From: a virus
Taxonomy: Duplodnaviria > Caudoviricetes
Strand: one strand, 5' to 3'
Virus record (IMG/VR): IMGVR_UViG_3300038309_000160
Span: 1 to 63,781 of that record
Length of the DNA stretch: 63,781 bases
Numbering within the stretch: the first letter of the stretch is position 1; each line of letters begins with the position of its first letter. The notes under the pieces were generated by a model, which saw only the letters and a list, made by a program, of their open reading frames with translations, was not told the origin of the DNA and made no database searches. Positions 10,014-20,347 of the stretch are shown one piece after another. The position numbers were made by a program, and so were the translations under genes.

Positions 10014-13000
10014 ATGAAACTAGAATCTTTTGGCACTGCTGTAAATGAACAAACAGAAGAAGAATTACCTTTCTTTGGCAATATTACAACTAACAAAGAG
10101 AGTAAAAATGTATTGCCTGAAGAAGATAATTTGCCTTTTTTTGGTAATATTACAACTAATAAAACACCTGTTGATGAGCCAGTTAAAAAAGATCAGACTG
10201 ATAAAGACTTGGCAATTCAAGCTGCTGGAGGTGATTTTCTTAGTGGCTTAAAAGGTAGTTTTCAGTCTTTACAAGCTTCTTTATATGGCGCTGCTGGATT
10301 AGCAGGTTCTGCTACGGATGCAGAAAATATAAAAGATTTTGGTTTTGAAGGATATCAGAGAAACATCTCTGAGGCTTCAAAATATCCTACAAAAACTCTT
10401 CGAGACGTTAAAGAAGCTGAAGGTTTTGCTGATACTGTTGGAACTGCTGTTGATTGGGTACAAGGTGCAGCAGGTAAAATTCTTCCATCAATGGCTACAG
10501 CTGCAATAGGTTCTGTTGTTGGAGCTATTGCTGGATCAGCTACTGCTGGACCTGCTGGAACTGTTGCTGGTGGTGTTGGTGGTCTGGCTGCAAAAACTAT
10601 TTTAAAGAAAGCAATAAATACGGCCACCAAAAAAGAGATATCTCGTCAAATTAAAAATGGACTAATCAAAGAAGGTGGTGAAGCTGCGCTTGAAAAATCA
10701 TTAAAAGCACAGTTTACAAAACAGGCTTTACAAAAACTTGGTGGTAAAATTGGTATGGGAGCTGCTGTTTTACCTATGGAAGCAGGTGGTAATTATGGAG
10801 AATTACTTGCAGAAAAGGGTATTGATGCTCCTGGTACTGCCTTGTTTTTTGGTGCCCTGGCAACATCTCTTGAGTATCTTGGTGGTAACTCAAGATTGAT
10901 TGATAATTTTATTGATACAATTGGAAAAGGTTCTGGTGGGGCAATTAAGAAGTCTGCATTGCAGATTCTTAGAAATATGCCTGAAGAAGCTTTACAAGAA
11001 GCTGGCCAGGAAGCTTTGTCAATTTTAAATACCGTAGTGAATACTGATGAAAAATTCTTAACTCCTGAAAATATTGAGAGGATGGTTGAAGCTGGTGGTG
11101 TAGGTGCTATTGGTGGCGGATTTGGTTCAGTTGCAGGAACATTTCTTAATTCTAGTAAGGCAGATACTGGTTTTAACAAAGATAAGACTTTAGACAAAGT
11201 TTATAAAAATATTACTTCTTATGGTTCTAGCTATGTGAGTTCAACCATAAATCGGATAAATGAAGATATTTCTAAAGCTAATGAGATTTTGCAAAAGCCT
11301 GAAATGTTAAAACAACAGGCTGATGCACTTAGTTTATCTGTAGAAGAATTAACTAATAACTTGCAAGAACAAATTGCAAATTCTACACAACTTAAAGAGC
11401 GTTTAAGTAAGTTTAAATTACCAGAGGCTTCTAAAAAAGTTATTGATGTAAAGTCGTTAGTACAGTCTATTCGTGAAAAAACTAATTGGGATAAAGTAAA
11501 TCGTTCTTCTCGCTCTGATGCTTGGTTTGAGGGTGCCAGAGTAAATGAAAAGGCTCGGAAGGGCTTTATAGAGGCGCTTGAAGCTGGCGGCCAAGACATA
11601 CAAGCTCACGGAATGGCTAAAGAGAATACCTTTATCGGGGGGCTTGAAAATTTATTAAATTTACTTAAAGGTGGGTTAAATCCTAATCGTGGTAATGGTA
11701 GGCTTTACACAGCGCCATTAGTAAGTAAGGCCGGTGAAGGTCTTATAGTAGATACTGCATCAGGATCAGCTTACAATGAAGGTCCGTTTATGCTATTAGC
11801 CAGACCTGAACAGGAACTTGTCAGTGATTTAAGCGGTGTTGGCGCAATTTTAGTAAATGAAACCCATGCTGATGTAATCAATGAAATTCGTGATGCTGTT
11901 CATGCTATCAGGCCAGATATAATTGTTGAGACATATGGTAGTGCTGGTAGTGTTGTGAGACAACTTAAAGAAACAACTGAAGTATCAAAACCGAAAGAAT
12001 ATTGGCAGGTTTGGGAAGATGAAATTAAACAACAGCGCCAAGCATCTGAATTAAAAAAGCAAGAAGATAAAAAATATCAAGAAGCTCAAAAAAGAATTCA
12101 GGAAAATCCTGATTATCAAAGAAGAAAAGCTCTTCAAGAAAAATGGAATGCTGAAGAAAAAACAACTGCTGAAAAAGAGGCAGAGACTATTCAGATGGAA
12201 GTAGCTTTGCAAGAACTGCAAAGAACTGAAGGGCTGACTGATGAAGAAATCCGTGATGAAAGAGCTAATTTTTATGAAAAGCTCTGGGGAACATATCCTG
12301 CAAAAGATGCAAAAAGATCAGCTGAAGTTTTTACAGAACAAAGTGATGAAGAATATCGAGCTATTGAAAAAGCTGTTATTCAGAAACACATTGAAAATAT
12401 TATGCAAGAAACTGATCGTGCTACCAGAGAAAGGGCATATGATTTTCTATTTGGTGGGGTGAAAGATGCTGCAGAATCTTTTGATATATTTAATAAAACA
12501 GATCTGATTACTAGAAAAGGAAAACCTTATCAACGTCGAGAATTTTTAGAAGGCTATCTTGCTGATCGTCCTGATGCTGCTAATTGGGATATTGCTGAAG
12601 TTCCTGGTGGATTTGTTGGTATTAGAAAGATTATTAAATCAACGGATGTTCCGGTAAATAAAGCAAGTACGTTCACAGATGAACAGCAAGTAGAAAGTTT
12701 AGAAAATGAATTAACACAAAAAATATCAGATGAATCTGGTGGAGGTAAGCTTCAAGAATATAGTACTAAAGAAGGTAATCCGGTAGGTTATACCATTGTA
12801 CGACCAGATAACATGTTTCAAGCAGCAGCTAAACGGATGTATAAAGAAGTTGATAAGAATGATAAAGTTCTCCGCTTATCTGAGATTTTAGTTGAGCCTG
12901 AATTTCAAGGAAAAGGATTTGGGCAGAAACTCTTGTTAGAAGCTTTCAAAGCACATCCTGGTGTATGGCTTGGCAATAGTCAAATTGGTCTTGGAGAAAC

Positions 13001-16000
13001 TAAAGAAGCTGCTATAAATGCTTTAGAGAAAGTACCTGGGATAGAAATACATTGGGCTCGTGAAAAAGGAGGACACTTTGTTGCAAGATTGAAAACTGAA
13101 ACAAATGCTGATACCTTGCCTGAATTTGAACTTCGACAAAATAATATTCCTGGTAAAGGATTAAAGCGGCAAGAAATTCAAAAAATGTTCCCTGGGCAAA
13201 ATGTTTTCTTTGGAGACAATAATACAATTTCTGTCCGTCTCAAAAATGGTAAAGGCATTACCTTTCAAACCATTCAAGATGCTGGCAAAGGTTTTATTGA
13301 GTATGCCATCCAGACTGGACAAATGTCAAAAAATGGTAAGATTCTTGGAGTTACAATAGGGAACAAGATTTTAATTGATTCTCAATTTGCCGACACCAAA
13401 ACAGGCTGGCATGAAAACTTACATGCTCTTGAAAACTTGGGCATGATCACTCCAGAAGATATTTCAGCCATTAATGAAGAATTTAATAAACTGAGAAAAT
13501 CAAATCAGTTGGGTTTTGCTCTGAGTACTCATACAGATCCTATTCAAAGGATGAAAGAGAACAGAGCCAACACCTTTGCGCAAATTATGGTAAATCGAGA
13601 ACAGTACCGCGATACGCCGCTAGGCAAAATAATTCAAAAAGTAAAAGATTTCTTTGACCAAATATATGTAATGGGCAAGAGATTTCTTACCTCCAACCAG
13701 GATTTTCAAACCAGCTCTAGTTTAGCTCGTGAAGTTGAATCAGGTAAATTTTATGATCGTCCTATTGATGGAATAACTGTTCAAGATGTTGTTGACACTA
13801 ATCCTTTTACAGTAGAAACTTTTCCTCAACTTACTTATCAAGAAAAAACATCTACTAAAACTCAAGTATTTAAAAAATGGTTTGGCAAATCAAAAACAAG
13901 GGATAAAGAAACTGATGAACCAATGATTTTTTATCATTATTCTCCTGAACCTATTACAGAATTTAAACACATGCCTGGGGCGAATACTGGACATGCTACT
14001 AGCGGTTTGGGCCATTTCTTCTTTGGTAAAAAAGATCCAGATGCTCATTATGGTCAATATGAAATAGCTGGATATCTAAAGATGGAAAAACCATATTTTA
14101 TGGGAACTGCTGAAGCTTCATCTTTTACTACGGTTAATGAAGCTATGGCTAGACAGCAAGAACTTCGTGATAAAGGTTATGATTCAATTATTATTGATAA
14201 TTCAGAAGTTGATGGAATGTATGTTGGTGGCCAGCCTTATTTTGTTATTTTTGATTCTAATCATGTTAAGTCGATTTATAATAGTGGTAATTGGGATTTA
14301 AATGAAAATAATATTTACTTGCAGGTATCCGAACCTTCAACTGAACAATCTATTCCTCAAGAAGAATATGATGACGTTTATAATCAAAAAGCAAATTTGT
14401 TAGAAAAAATTCAGCAATTACTTCGAATGAAATCGTCTGAAATTAAGTTAATGGCAGATAAAAGTTTAACCCCAATATCTACTAGGCTTAAAAAGATTGA
14501 TAATGAACTTGCAATGAAAATGCGTGAACTTGATTTTAAAATTGCCTTGAAGATTAACTCTGCCTTACAAGAAGCTTATCCTATAATGAAAACAAAGATG
14601 TCTTCTGAGGATAAGGTTGCCTGGGATTGGGCACGTAAAAACTCTGATGAAGGAAAGATAAATCAACTTGTTGAAAAGTATGGCTTTCAGGAAAATTATA
14701 ATAACCTACGAAATGTCTTAAATCAAATCAGACAAGATGCCATAGATGTTGGCTATGATGTAGGTTTTGTGGAAAATTACTGGCCTCGTATTATCAAAGA
14801 TCAAGAAGGCTTCTTACAGGCTACACAAGAAATTTCAAGACGGCCTGAATTTACAGAAGCTCTTAAAGAAAGAGCAGATAAACTAGGTATAAGTGTTGCA
14901 GATTTACGAGAACGTTTTCCTGATGTAACAGCTGATATTATTAGTAATGTTATTCTTGGGAGAAGTTCTGGAATTGGTGGGCCTGGCAATATTCAAGGAA
15001 GAGTTTTTGATAAAATTCCTGTAGAATATGCTAATTTTTATATGAATTCTGATGCTGCCTTGATGCAATATATTTATTCAATGACAAAAAAGATTGAAGC
15101 TCGTAAGTTCTTTGGCAAGGTACCAGAAAATATTAGTAAGATTAAACAAAAAATAAATTCAGCTCAAATAAGCTTACTTAATCTGGAACAACAAGAGGCT
15201 CTTTTACTCAGTGAAAGTTCTTTATCTGAAGAACAACAAAAATTGCTAGATTCTTATAGAGAACAAAAAACTACCTTGATGGATAATATCAGAACTTATA
15301 ATGGAAAACTAGAAGAGTATAAACTCCAGCGAGATTATACAGAAAATATTGGAGCTTTGATAAATGATTTAATGATCGCTGGTAAGCTGAATAAAAATGA
15401 TGAAAAGTCTTTGCGTGAAATATTAGATGCAAGATTCCATGAAAGAGGAACTACTGGGATTGTACATAACTATAAGAATTTTTCTTATATTGACGTTATG
15501 GGTAGTCCATTTTCAGCTATTACTCAGATTGGTGATCTTGCCTGGGCAATGTATGTTGGCAAGGCTTGGACACCAAAAGGATTTGCTGATACAACTAAAC
15601 ATTTAGTCCAAGCAATTTTTAAACAATCCAATATTACTAAGGAAGACTTGGGTATTGAACGAATGGCTCAAGAGTTTGCTGATTTTGATTCTTTTAGTAA
15701 TTTGGTCTCTAAAGTATTTAAGGTTGTTGGGCTTGAGAAAATGGATTCTATTGGTAAAGAACTCCTGATCAATAATGCTTTCAGTATGTACAAAAAACAA
15801 GTACAAACAGAAAATGGGCGGAGAGAATTACTTCAAAAGATTCGGCCGATTTTTGGAACACAGTCAAATCAGGTTATTAACGAGTTACTTGCTTTATCAG
15901 AAGATTCAACTGTAAAACCTTCTGATAATGTAAAGATGCTATTATACAGTCGTCTGTTAGATTTTCAACCTGTAGCATTATCTGAAATGCCAGAATATTA

Positions 16001-16763
16001 TCTTAAAGGAGGAAATTGGAGAATATTGTATATGCTTAAAACTTATACAATAAAACAACTTGATGTGTTTCGTAATGAGGTTTATAGAGAATTTAAGAAT
16101 GGTGATATAAATCAAAAGATTGGTGCAATGAAAAATATGGTCCAGCTTATGGGAGTTCTTGTTCTTGCTAATGCTGGAGCAGATGAGCTTAAAGATTTTC
16201 TTTTAGGAAAAGAAACAAAGCTTGAAGATAATGTAATTGAAAATCTATTAACTATAGGTGGAGCAAATCGGTATGTTCGTATGCAAGCACAAAGAGAAGG
16301 TATTGGCACAGCAGTAACTCAGTTAGTTCTTCCCCCATTTAAGTTTATAAACTCTTTAGGAAAAGATGTAAGTAAGGGAAACTTATTTGATTTGGAAGAA
16401 TCAAAAACTTTAGAATCTATTCCATTGATTGGAAAATTAGCTTATTGGCATGTTGGTAGAGGAAGTGAATATAGACCATCTGTTGAAGAACAAGATTTTT
16501 TGAAAATTGGAAGAAAGTTTAATAAATTTAAAAAGGATTTTGAAGAGTCAAACGATAAACGATTATTCCTACAGACGAATATAGATGAATTTAAACAAAT
16601 GAAAATTTATGAAGGTTTTAATTCTTCTACAAAAGAAATTACTGCCTTAATAAATAAGCTTAAAAAAATCGAGCAAACTACAAATGTAAGAAAAAGAATT
16701 GGACAATTAGAAGAACGTAAAAATCAGATAATGCAGAAATATTTTGAATTAACAAACAATTAA
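10014..16763 (+). CDS. Large polyvalent (injected) protein: Gly/Ala-rich N-terminus, GNAT, HExxH metallopeptidase-like and ART-PolyVal-like domains
   Basis: 2249 aa. GNAT motif A ILVEPEFQGKGFGQKLL; WHENLH...ENRA; FKKWFGKSK...MIFYHYS...YLKMEKP...GYDSIII...FVIFDSNHVKS. Confidence 0.75.
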   Translation: MKLESFGTAVNEQTEEELPFFGNITTNKESKNVLPEEDNLPFFGNITTNKTPVDEPVKKDQTDKDLAIQAAGGDFLSGLKGSFQSLQASLYGAAGLAGSATDAENIKDFGFEGYQRNISEASKYPTKTLRDVKEAEGFADTVGTAVDWVQGAAGKILPSMATAAIGSVVGAIAGSATAGPAGTVAGGVGGLAAKTILKKAINTATKKEISRQIKNGLIKEGGEAALEKSLKAQFTKQALQKLGGKIGMGAAVLPMEAGGNYGELLAEKGIDAPGTALFFGALATSLEYLGGNSRLIDNFIDTIGKGSGGAIKKSALQILRNMPEEALQEAGQEALSILNTVVNTDEKFLTPENIERMVEAGGVGAIGGGFGSVAGTFLNSSKADTGFNKDKTLDKVYKNITSYGSSYVSSTINRINEDISKANEILQKPEMLKQQADALSLSVEELTNNLQEQIANSTQLKERLSKFKLPEASKKVIDVKSLVQSIREKTNWDKVNRSSRSDAWFEGARVNEKARKGFIEALEAGGQDIQAHGMAKENTFIGGLENLLNLLKGGLNPNRGNGRLYTAPLVSKAGEGLIVDTASGSAYNEGPFMLLARPEQELVSDLSGVGAILVNETHADVINEIRDAVHAIRPDIIVETYGSAGSVVRQLKETTEVSKPKEYWQVWEDEIKQQRQASELKKQEDKKYQEAQKRIQENPDYQRRKALQEKWNAEEKTTAEKEAETIQMEVALQELQRTEGLTDEEIRDERANFYEKLWGTYPAKDAKRSAEVFTEQSDEEYRAIEKAVIQKHIENIMQETDRATRERAYDFLFGGVKDAAESFDIFNKTDLITRKGKPYQRREFLEGYLADRPDAANWDIAEVPGGFVGIRKIIKSTDVPVNKASTFTDEQQVESLENELTQKISDESGGGKLQEYSTKEGNPVGYTIVRPDNMFQAAAKRMYKEVDKNDKVLRLSEILVEPEFQGKGFGQKLLLEAFKAHPGVWLGNSQIGLGETKEAAINALEKVPGIEIHWAREKGGHFVARLKTETNADTLPEFELRQNNIPGKGLKRQEIQKMFPGQNVFFGDNNTISVRLKNGKGITFQTIQDAGKGFIEYAIQTGQMSKNGKILGVTIGNKILIDSQFADTKTGWHENLHALENLGMITPEDISAINEEFNKLRKSNQLGFALSTHTDPIQRMKENRANTFAQIMVNREQYRDTPLGKIIQKVKDFFDQIYVMGKRFLTSNQDFQTSSSLAREVESGKFYDRPIDGITVQDVVDTNPFTVETFPQLTYQEKTSTKTQVFKKWFGKSKTRDKETDEPMIFYHYSPEPITEFKHMPGANTGHATSGLGHFFFGKKDPDAHYGQYEIAGYLKMEKPYFMGTAEASSFTTVNEAMARQQELRDKGYDSIIIDNSEVDGMYVGGQPYFVIFDSNHVKSIYNSGNWDLNENNIYLQVSEPSTEQSIPQEEYDDVYNQKANLLEKIQQLLRMKSSEIKLMADKSLTPISTRLKKIDNELAMKMRELDFKIALKINSALQEAYPIMKTKMSSEDKVAWDWARKNSDEGKINQLVEKYGFQENYNNLRNVLNQIRQDAIDVGYDVGFVENYWPRIIKDQEGFLQATQEISRRPEFTEALKERADKLGISVADLRERFPDVTADIISNVILGRSSGIGGPGNIQGRVFDKIPVEYANFYMNSDAALMQYIYSMTKKIEARKFFGKVPENISKIKQKINSAQISLLNLEQQEALLLSESSLSEEQQKLLDSYREQKTTLMDNIRTYNGKLEEYKLQRDYTENIGALINDLMIAGKLNKNDEKSLREILDARFHERGTTGIVHNYKNFSYIDVMGSPFSAITQIGDLAWAMYVGKAWTPKGFADTTKHLVQAIFKQSNITKEDLGIERMAQEFADFDSFSNLVSKVFKVVGLEKMDSIGKELLINNAFSMYKKQVQTENGRRELLQKIRPIFGTQSNQVINELLALSEDSTVKPSDNVKMLLYSRLLDFQPVALSEMPEYYLKGGNWRILYMLKTYTIKQLDVFRNEVYREFKNGDINQKIGAMKNMVQLMGVLVLANAGADELKDFLLGKETKLEDNVIENLLTIGGANRYVRMQAQREGIGTAVTQLVLPPFKFINSLGKDVSKGNLFDLEESKTLESIPLIGKLAYWHVGRGSEYRPSVEEQDFLKIGRKFNKFKKDFEESNDKRLFLQTNIDEFKQMKIYEGFNSSTKEITALINKLKKIEQTTNVRKRIGQLEERKNQIMQKYFELTNN
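12671..12684. repeat. GTTCA-N4-TGAAC palindrome (inside the polyvalent gene)
   Basis: GTTCACAGATGAAC. Confidence 0.75.
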
Positions 16764-16768
16764 ATAAA

Positions 16769-17146
16769 ATGGAGATTATTATGAATCGCATTTATACTGA
16801 AACACTTGTAACTGATAATGTTGCTTGGGCAGGTCAAACCATTGCTGCTTCTGGATCTTTAACAAGTGATGCTTTTGATTTATGCAGATATACTCCAAAT
16901 GGATATTTTGGTATTCAGTTTAAATATACTGGATCAGGCACTATTGCATTAACTTATACAATGAGTAACAATGGAACAACGTTTGCTGCTCCTAATGATG
17001 GTGGATCTATTGCTACAGGATTATCTGCAGGAACACATCTTTATCAGTTTGAACCTGAACCTTTTAGGTATATTAAAATTATAGCTACTGAAACTGGTAC
17101 TTCTGATGAAGCAGTTGTAACTGAAGCAATTCTTTCTATTCAATAA
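16769..17146 (+). CDS. Small beta-rich virion protein
   Basis: 125 aa; TMSNNGTTF and PFRYIKI motifs common in tail accessory proteins. Start may be ATG 16781. Confidence 0.5.
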   Translation: MEIIMNRIYTETLVTDNVAWAGQTIAASGSLTSDAFDLCRYTPNGYFGIQFKYTGSGTIALTYTMSNNGTTFAAPNDGGSIATGLSAGTHLYQFEPEPFRYIKIIATETGTSDEAVVTEAILSIQ

Positions 17147-17157
17147 AGAGGCTTATT

Positions 17158-18387
17158 ATGAGCTTTAAGAATAAAGGTCCATGGGGAGGTAATGGCCCAT
17201 GGGAATCTAGTAGATCTCCTTGGGGAGTTTCTAGTCAAGTTTTTTCTGGCATTCCTGCAAGCGAATCCGAAGCTCTGGTTGCGTTTTACACGGCCACCGG
17301 TGGCGATTCCTGGACGGATAACACCGGATGGTCTGGCGGTGCGGCTGATGATGCCCTGGGGGTTACGGTTGTTGGCGGGCATGTAACCGCCATCGAGCTA
17401 CCCAACAACAACCTGGACGGGGACGCAGGAACCACGCTAGACCCGCTGGCGGCTGCTTTGGCGGTGCTTGACCTTGGGCAAAACCCCGCCCTTGATGATA
17501 TCGACGTGTCGGCCCTAACTGCCCTCGCAGATATTGACTTTGCCGGTTGCGATTTCGGCTCAAGTGTTGTGGCTGGCATCCTTGCCAACGTAGTCACGGC
17601 GGGGGTTAGCGCCGGAACGCTTGATATAGGAGGCAGCAATTCAAGCCCGTTGCCTGCCGGGGTTACTTCGCTACAAACGCTTGAGGATGACTCGTGGACG
17701 CTGACATATTCAACGGTCGTGCGGGAAAATACCGGCTCGTTCTACGTTGTCACCAAGGGCGGTGAAGCCAAGTTCAGGTCATCCGCAACCGATCTCTCAA
17801 GCCAGATCGGAAAGTATATCGTACTTAAAGACAGCGCCGGGAAGTATGCGGAGGCGTACATTGATGCGGCTGATAGTGCGGAGGCTTCCACATTGTTATT
17901 TTCGGATGACATGACAATAGACAATACAGGTAATTGGTATACAAATGATTGTACACTGACATTCGATACTGATCATTATGTTGTTACATATGTCAATCTG
18001 ACACAGAGTATTATTTTTCAGAATGCCTATAATCAGGAGGAAGGCTTTTTGTATAAGGCTGTTTTTGACGCACGAAACGGCGCGTCAATTATAAATACAG
18101 CGTTTTGGACGGACTATTTCAGCGGTAGATTTGCTCAAGTCGAAGGAATCACAAATACACTTTTCACAAGCATTTCATCCGATTCGACATCAAGATATCA
18201 ACTTCAATCTTTACTTAATTCAGGATCATATTTAGTTTATGGTGTGTGGTTGTATAAATACACCCATCTCGGCACCGACGCCGTAGTCCTAGAATCAACT
18301 CTCGGCGGTAATAACGGAACGTTTACAGATATTGAATCAGGTTTTAACCCGAACAATATAGTTCTTGTGGAGGTGTTTAACCCATGA
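17158..18387 (+). CDS. Putative receptor-binding/tail protein with LRR N-cap and short leucine-rich repeats
   Basis: ESEALVAFYTATGGDSW...GVTVVGGHVTAIELPNNNLDG...LAVLDLGQN...LTALADIDF. Confidence 0.6.
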   Translation: MSFKNKGPWGGNGPWESSRSPWGVSSQVFSGIPASESEALVAFYTATGGDSWTDNTGWSGGAADDALGVTVVGGHVTAIELPNNNLDGDAGTTLDPLAAALAVLDLGQNPALDDIDVSALTALADIDFAGCDFGSSVVAGILANVVTAGVSAGTLDIGGSNSSPLPAGVTSLQTLEDDSWTLTYSTVVRENTGSFYVVTKGGEAKFRSSATDLSSQIGKYIVLKDSAGKYAEAYIDAADSAEASTLLFSDDMTIDNTGNWYTNDCTLTFDTDHYVVTYVNLTQSIIFQNAYNQEEGFLYKAVFDARNGASIINTAFWTDYFSGRFAQVEGITNTLFTSISSDSTSRYQLQSLLNSGSYLVYGVWLYKYTHLGTDAVVLESTLGGNNGTFTDIESGFNPNNIVLVEVFNP

Positions 18388-18746
18388 AAAAAATAATTAT
18401 AGGAGCGATAGTTATGGCAATGTCAACAACGGCAATGGCAAAAGATAAAAATCAGATAACGGTTGAGGCTATCGCAACAAGCGAAAAACCAGCAGCGGTA
18501 CAGGCAAAGGTGGACGCAATCAAAGCCAGTGTTAAATCCAAGGTCGAGGCAAAGACGGAAAAGACGCAGACCGTCCGGGCCGGGGCTGGCGATATGGTTT
18601 TAATCCATGACGGCGCAAAAGTCATCATGGTTAAAGAGCTCGACCCGTTGGAAGAAATGAGCGTACCAGCTACCCGCACCGTGTTTGTTGGGACTGCCGG
18701 AAAGGTCAATGTTGAAATCAAAAAGTTGGGGTTGGCTGAAAAATGA
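18384..18746 (+). CDS. Hypothetical protein with signal peptide
   Basis: MKKIIIGAIVMAMSTTAMA signal; GGAGG RBS. Confidence 0.6.
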   Translation: MKKIIIGAIVMAMSTTAMAKDKNQITVEAIATSEKPAAVQAKVDAIKASVKSKVEAKTEKTQTVRAGAGDMVLIHDGAKVIMVKELDPLEEMSVPATRTVFVGTAGKVNVEIKKLGLAEK

Positions 18747-18868
18747 GAGACCGGGCCGTGCTTTACATACCAGTTTTCTTTTTTGCCTGGGCAGCGATGG
18801 TGATTTTTTTGGTGGGTTGGAGAATATACAATTATTTACGGGGGTATTATGGCACTAAGCGGACTTGA
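18743..18868 (+). CDS. Small single-TM protein (41 aa, below ORF-track cutoff)
   Basis: ATGA overlap with the upstream stop; MRDRAVLYIPVFFFAWAAMVIFLVGWRIY... Confidence 0.35.
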   Translation: MRDRAVLYIPVFFFAWAAMVIFLVGWRIYNYLRGYYGTKRT

Positions 18869-19208
18869 GCAGTTATTGATAGGTGCGGGACTGACGTTAA
18901 CTTCGGGAGCGGTATCGGGGGCCGTGGTTTGGATGAAGACGGCTAAAGACAAAGTTGGCTATGACGAATGTATACGCAACCGGGAAAAGATTGAAGAAGA
19001 GCATCGGATTAGGTGTCCTGAAAATCGACGGGTGCTTTCAGTCGATGACCATGAAAGCATTTGCTCCAAAAATCTGACGCCGATCCACCGGGAAATTAAA
19101 GAGACGAAAATGACGATTGCGCAGATACATGAAAAGATTGACCGGCTGTTGGTAGAACAATCAAAGCACGTCACCTTGAAAGACCTCGAACCATTATTGA
19201 GGCGATAA
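18849..19208 (+). CDS. Holin-like membrane protein
   Basis: One N-terminal TM helix plus coiled coil, directly upstream of the endolysin. Confidence 0.5.
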   Translation: MALSGLEQLLIGAGLTLTSGAVSGAVVWMKTAKDKVGYDECIRNREKIEEEHRIRCPENRRVLSVDDHESICSKNLTPIHREIKETKMTIAQIHEKIDRLLVEQSKHVTLKDLEPLLRR

Positions 19209-19209
19209 A

Positions 19210-19620
19210 ATGTATCATCTTGGAAAAGAAAGCAAGTCTCGGTTATCGACATGCTGCCCCGAACTGAAAAGTTTAGTTGAGCTTGCCATTGCTGTTTCGC
19301 CGATTGACTTTGTCGTTATTGAAGGCCATAGGGATTATGACCGGCAGGAGCAATTATTTTCTGAAGGGAAAACCAAGGTGCATTACCCGTATAGCAAACA
19401 TAATCCCATACCATCAGAAGCGGTCGACCTTGGGCCGTATGTCAATGGGAACTTGTCATGGGATTTTAACCATTGTTGCGTTCTTGCCGGGGCTGTTTTG
19501 GCGGTAGCAGAAATGACCGGGATAAAAATTAGATGGGGTGGCAATTGGGACATGGACGGAGAGCCTATTACTGACCAAGACTTCCAAGATTTAGTGCATT
19601 TTGAAAAAGTTGGCCCGTAA
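19210..19620 (+). CDS. Endolysin, peptidase M15 family (L-Ala-D-Glu peptidase-like)
   Basis: EGHRDYDRQEQLF, SKH...AVD, RWGGNW and DLVHFE motifs. Confidence 0.9.
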   Translation: MYHLGKESKSRLSTCCPELKSLVELAIAVSPIDFVVIEGHRDYDRQEQLFSEGKTKVHYPYSKHNPIPSEAVDLGPYVNGNLSWDFNHCCVLAGAVLAVAEMTGIKIRWGGNWDMDGEPITDQDFQDLVHFEKVGP

Positions 19621-19718
19621 ACCCGCAACCATCAAGGCTTGGCAGGCAGGCTTAACGAGAGGCCCTAGAATCGACGATCTAGTACAAGGTAAGGGTAACA
19701 TAGCCGGGAGATTTGAAC

Positions 19719-19982
19719 ATGAAACGCATTTTTCGTGATATCAAAGAATTTTCAACTGACGGTTGCACTATGTCGCCTGATTTCGATTTTCGTGACTGCT
19801 GCGTTCGGCACGATCTTGACTATTGGCGAGGTGATGTTACTAGGGCCGAGGCCGACAGACGATTAAGGCAGTGCATTAAAGAAAAAGGCTATGTTGTTTT
19901 GCCGTGGATATACTGGGCCGGGGTAAGGCTGTTCGGCGCCGGCCGGTTTAACAGAATTAAAAAACATAGGAGGTTTCCGTGA
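19719..19982 (+). CDS. Small Cys/His-Asp protein (prokaryotic phospholipase A2-like / DUF1353-like)
   Basis: DGCT...CCVRHDLDY...ADRRLRQC...YWAGVRLFG. Confidence 0.6.
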   Translation: MKRIFRDIKEFSTDGCTMSPDFDFRDCCVRHDLDYWRGDVTRAEADRRLRQCIKEKGYVVLPWIYWAGVRLFGAGRFNRIKKHRRFP

Positions 19983-20347
19983 AGAGACTAATTACCGTAT
20001 TGTTTTTGTTAGCGTGTCTGGGATGCGCTCATAACACGTCGTTTGTTGAGCATGCTTACGATACCATCGCAAGCGCGAACTACACAGTAAACGCCATGAT
20101 GGAGGTGGCAGGGCTGGAGCATTGCGCCGGGAATCTGACCGACGAACAGAAAAGCCGAATCATAGCGGCTTATGCTCAATACAAGCTGGCGGCTGACCTG
20201 GCCGATGAAGCCCTGGCTGTCTACGCTGCTACAGAAAAAGAAGATGACAAATTGGCATATGTCCGCGCTTTAGCGGAGCTGCTAGACAACGAGAAAATTA
20301 TCATTGATGTTCTTAACGCGTTTTTGGAGGTCGACCATGACAGATAA
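19979..20347 (+). CDS. Lipoprotein, possible spanin component
   Basis: MKRLITVLFLLACLGC lipobox; located in the lysis cluster. Confidence 0.6.
   Translation: MKRLITVLFLLACLGCAHNTSFVEHAYDTIASANYTVNAMMEVAGLEHCAGNLTDEQKSRIIAAYAQYKLAADLADEALAVYAATEKEDDKLAYVRALAELLDNEKIIIDVLNAFLEVDHDR

Noticed and set aside
10056-10163. Duplicated EE.LPFFGNITTNK peptide at the start of the giant protein
   Set aside because: Real, but a short N-terminal duplication with no sign of a separate function.
843-18387. Diversity-generating retroelement acting on tail genes
   Set aside because: No reverse transcriptase and no template/variable repeat pair noticed.
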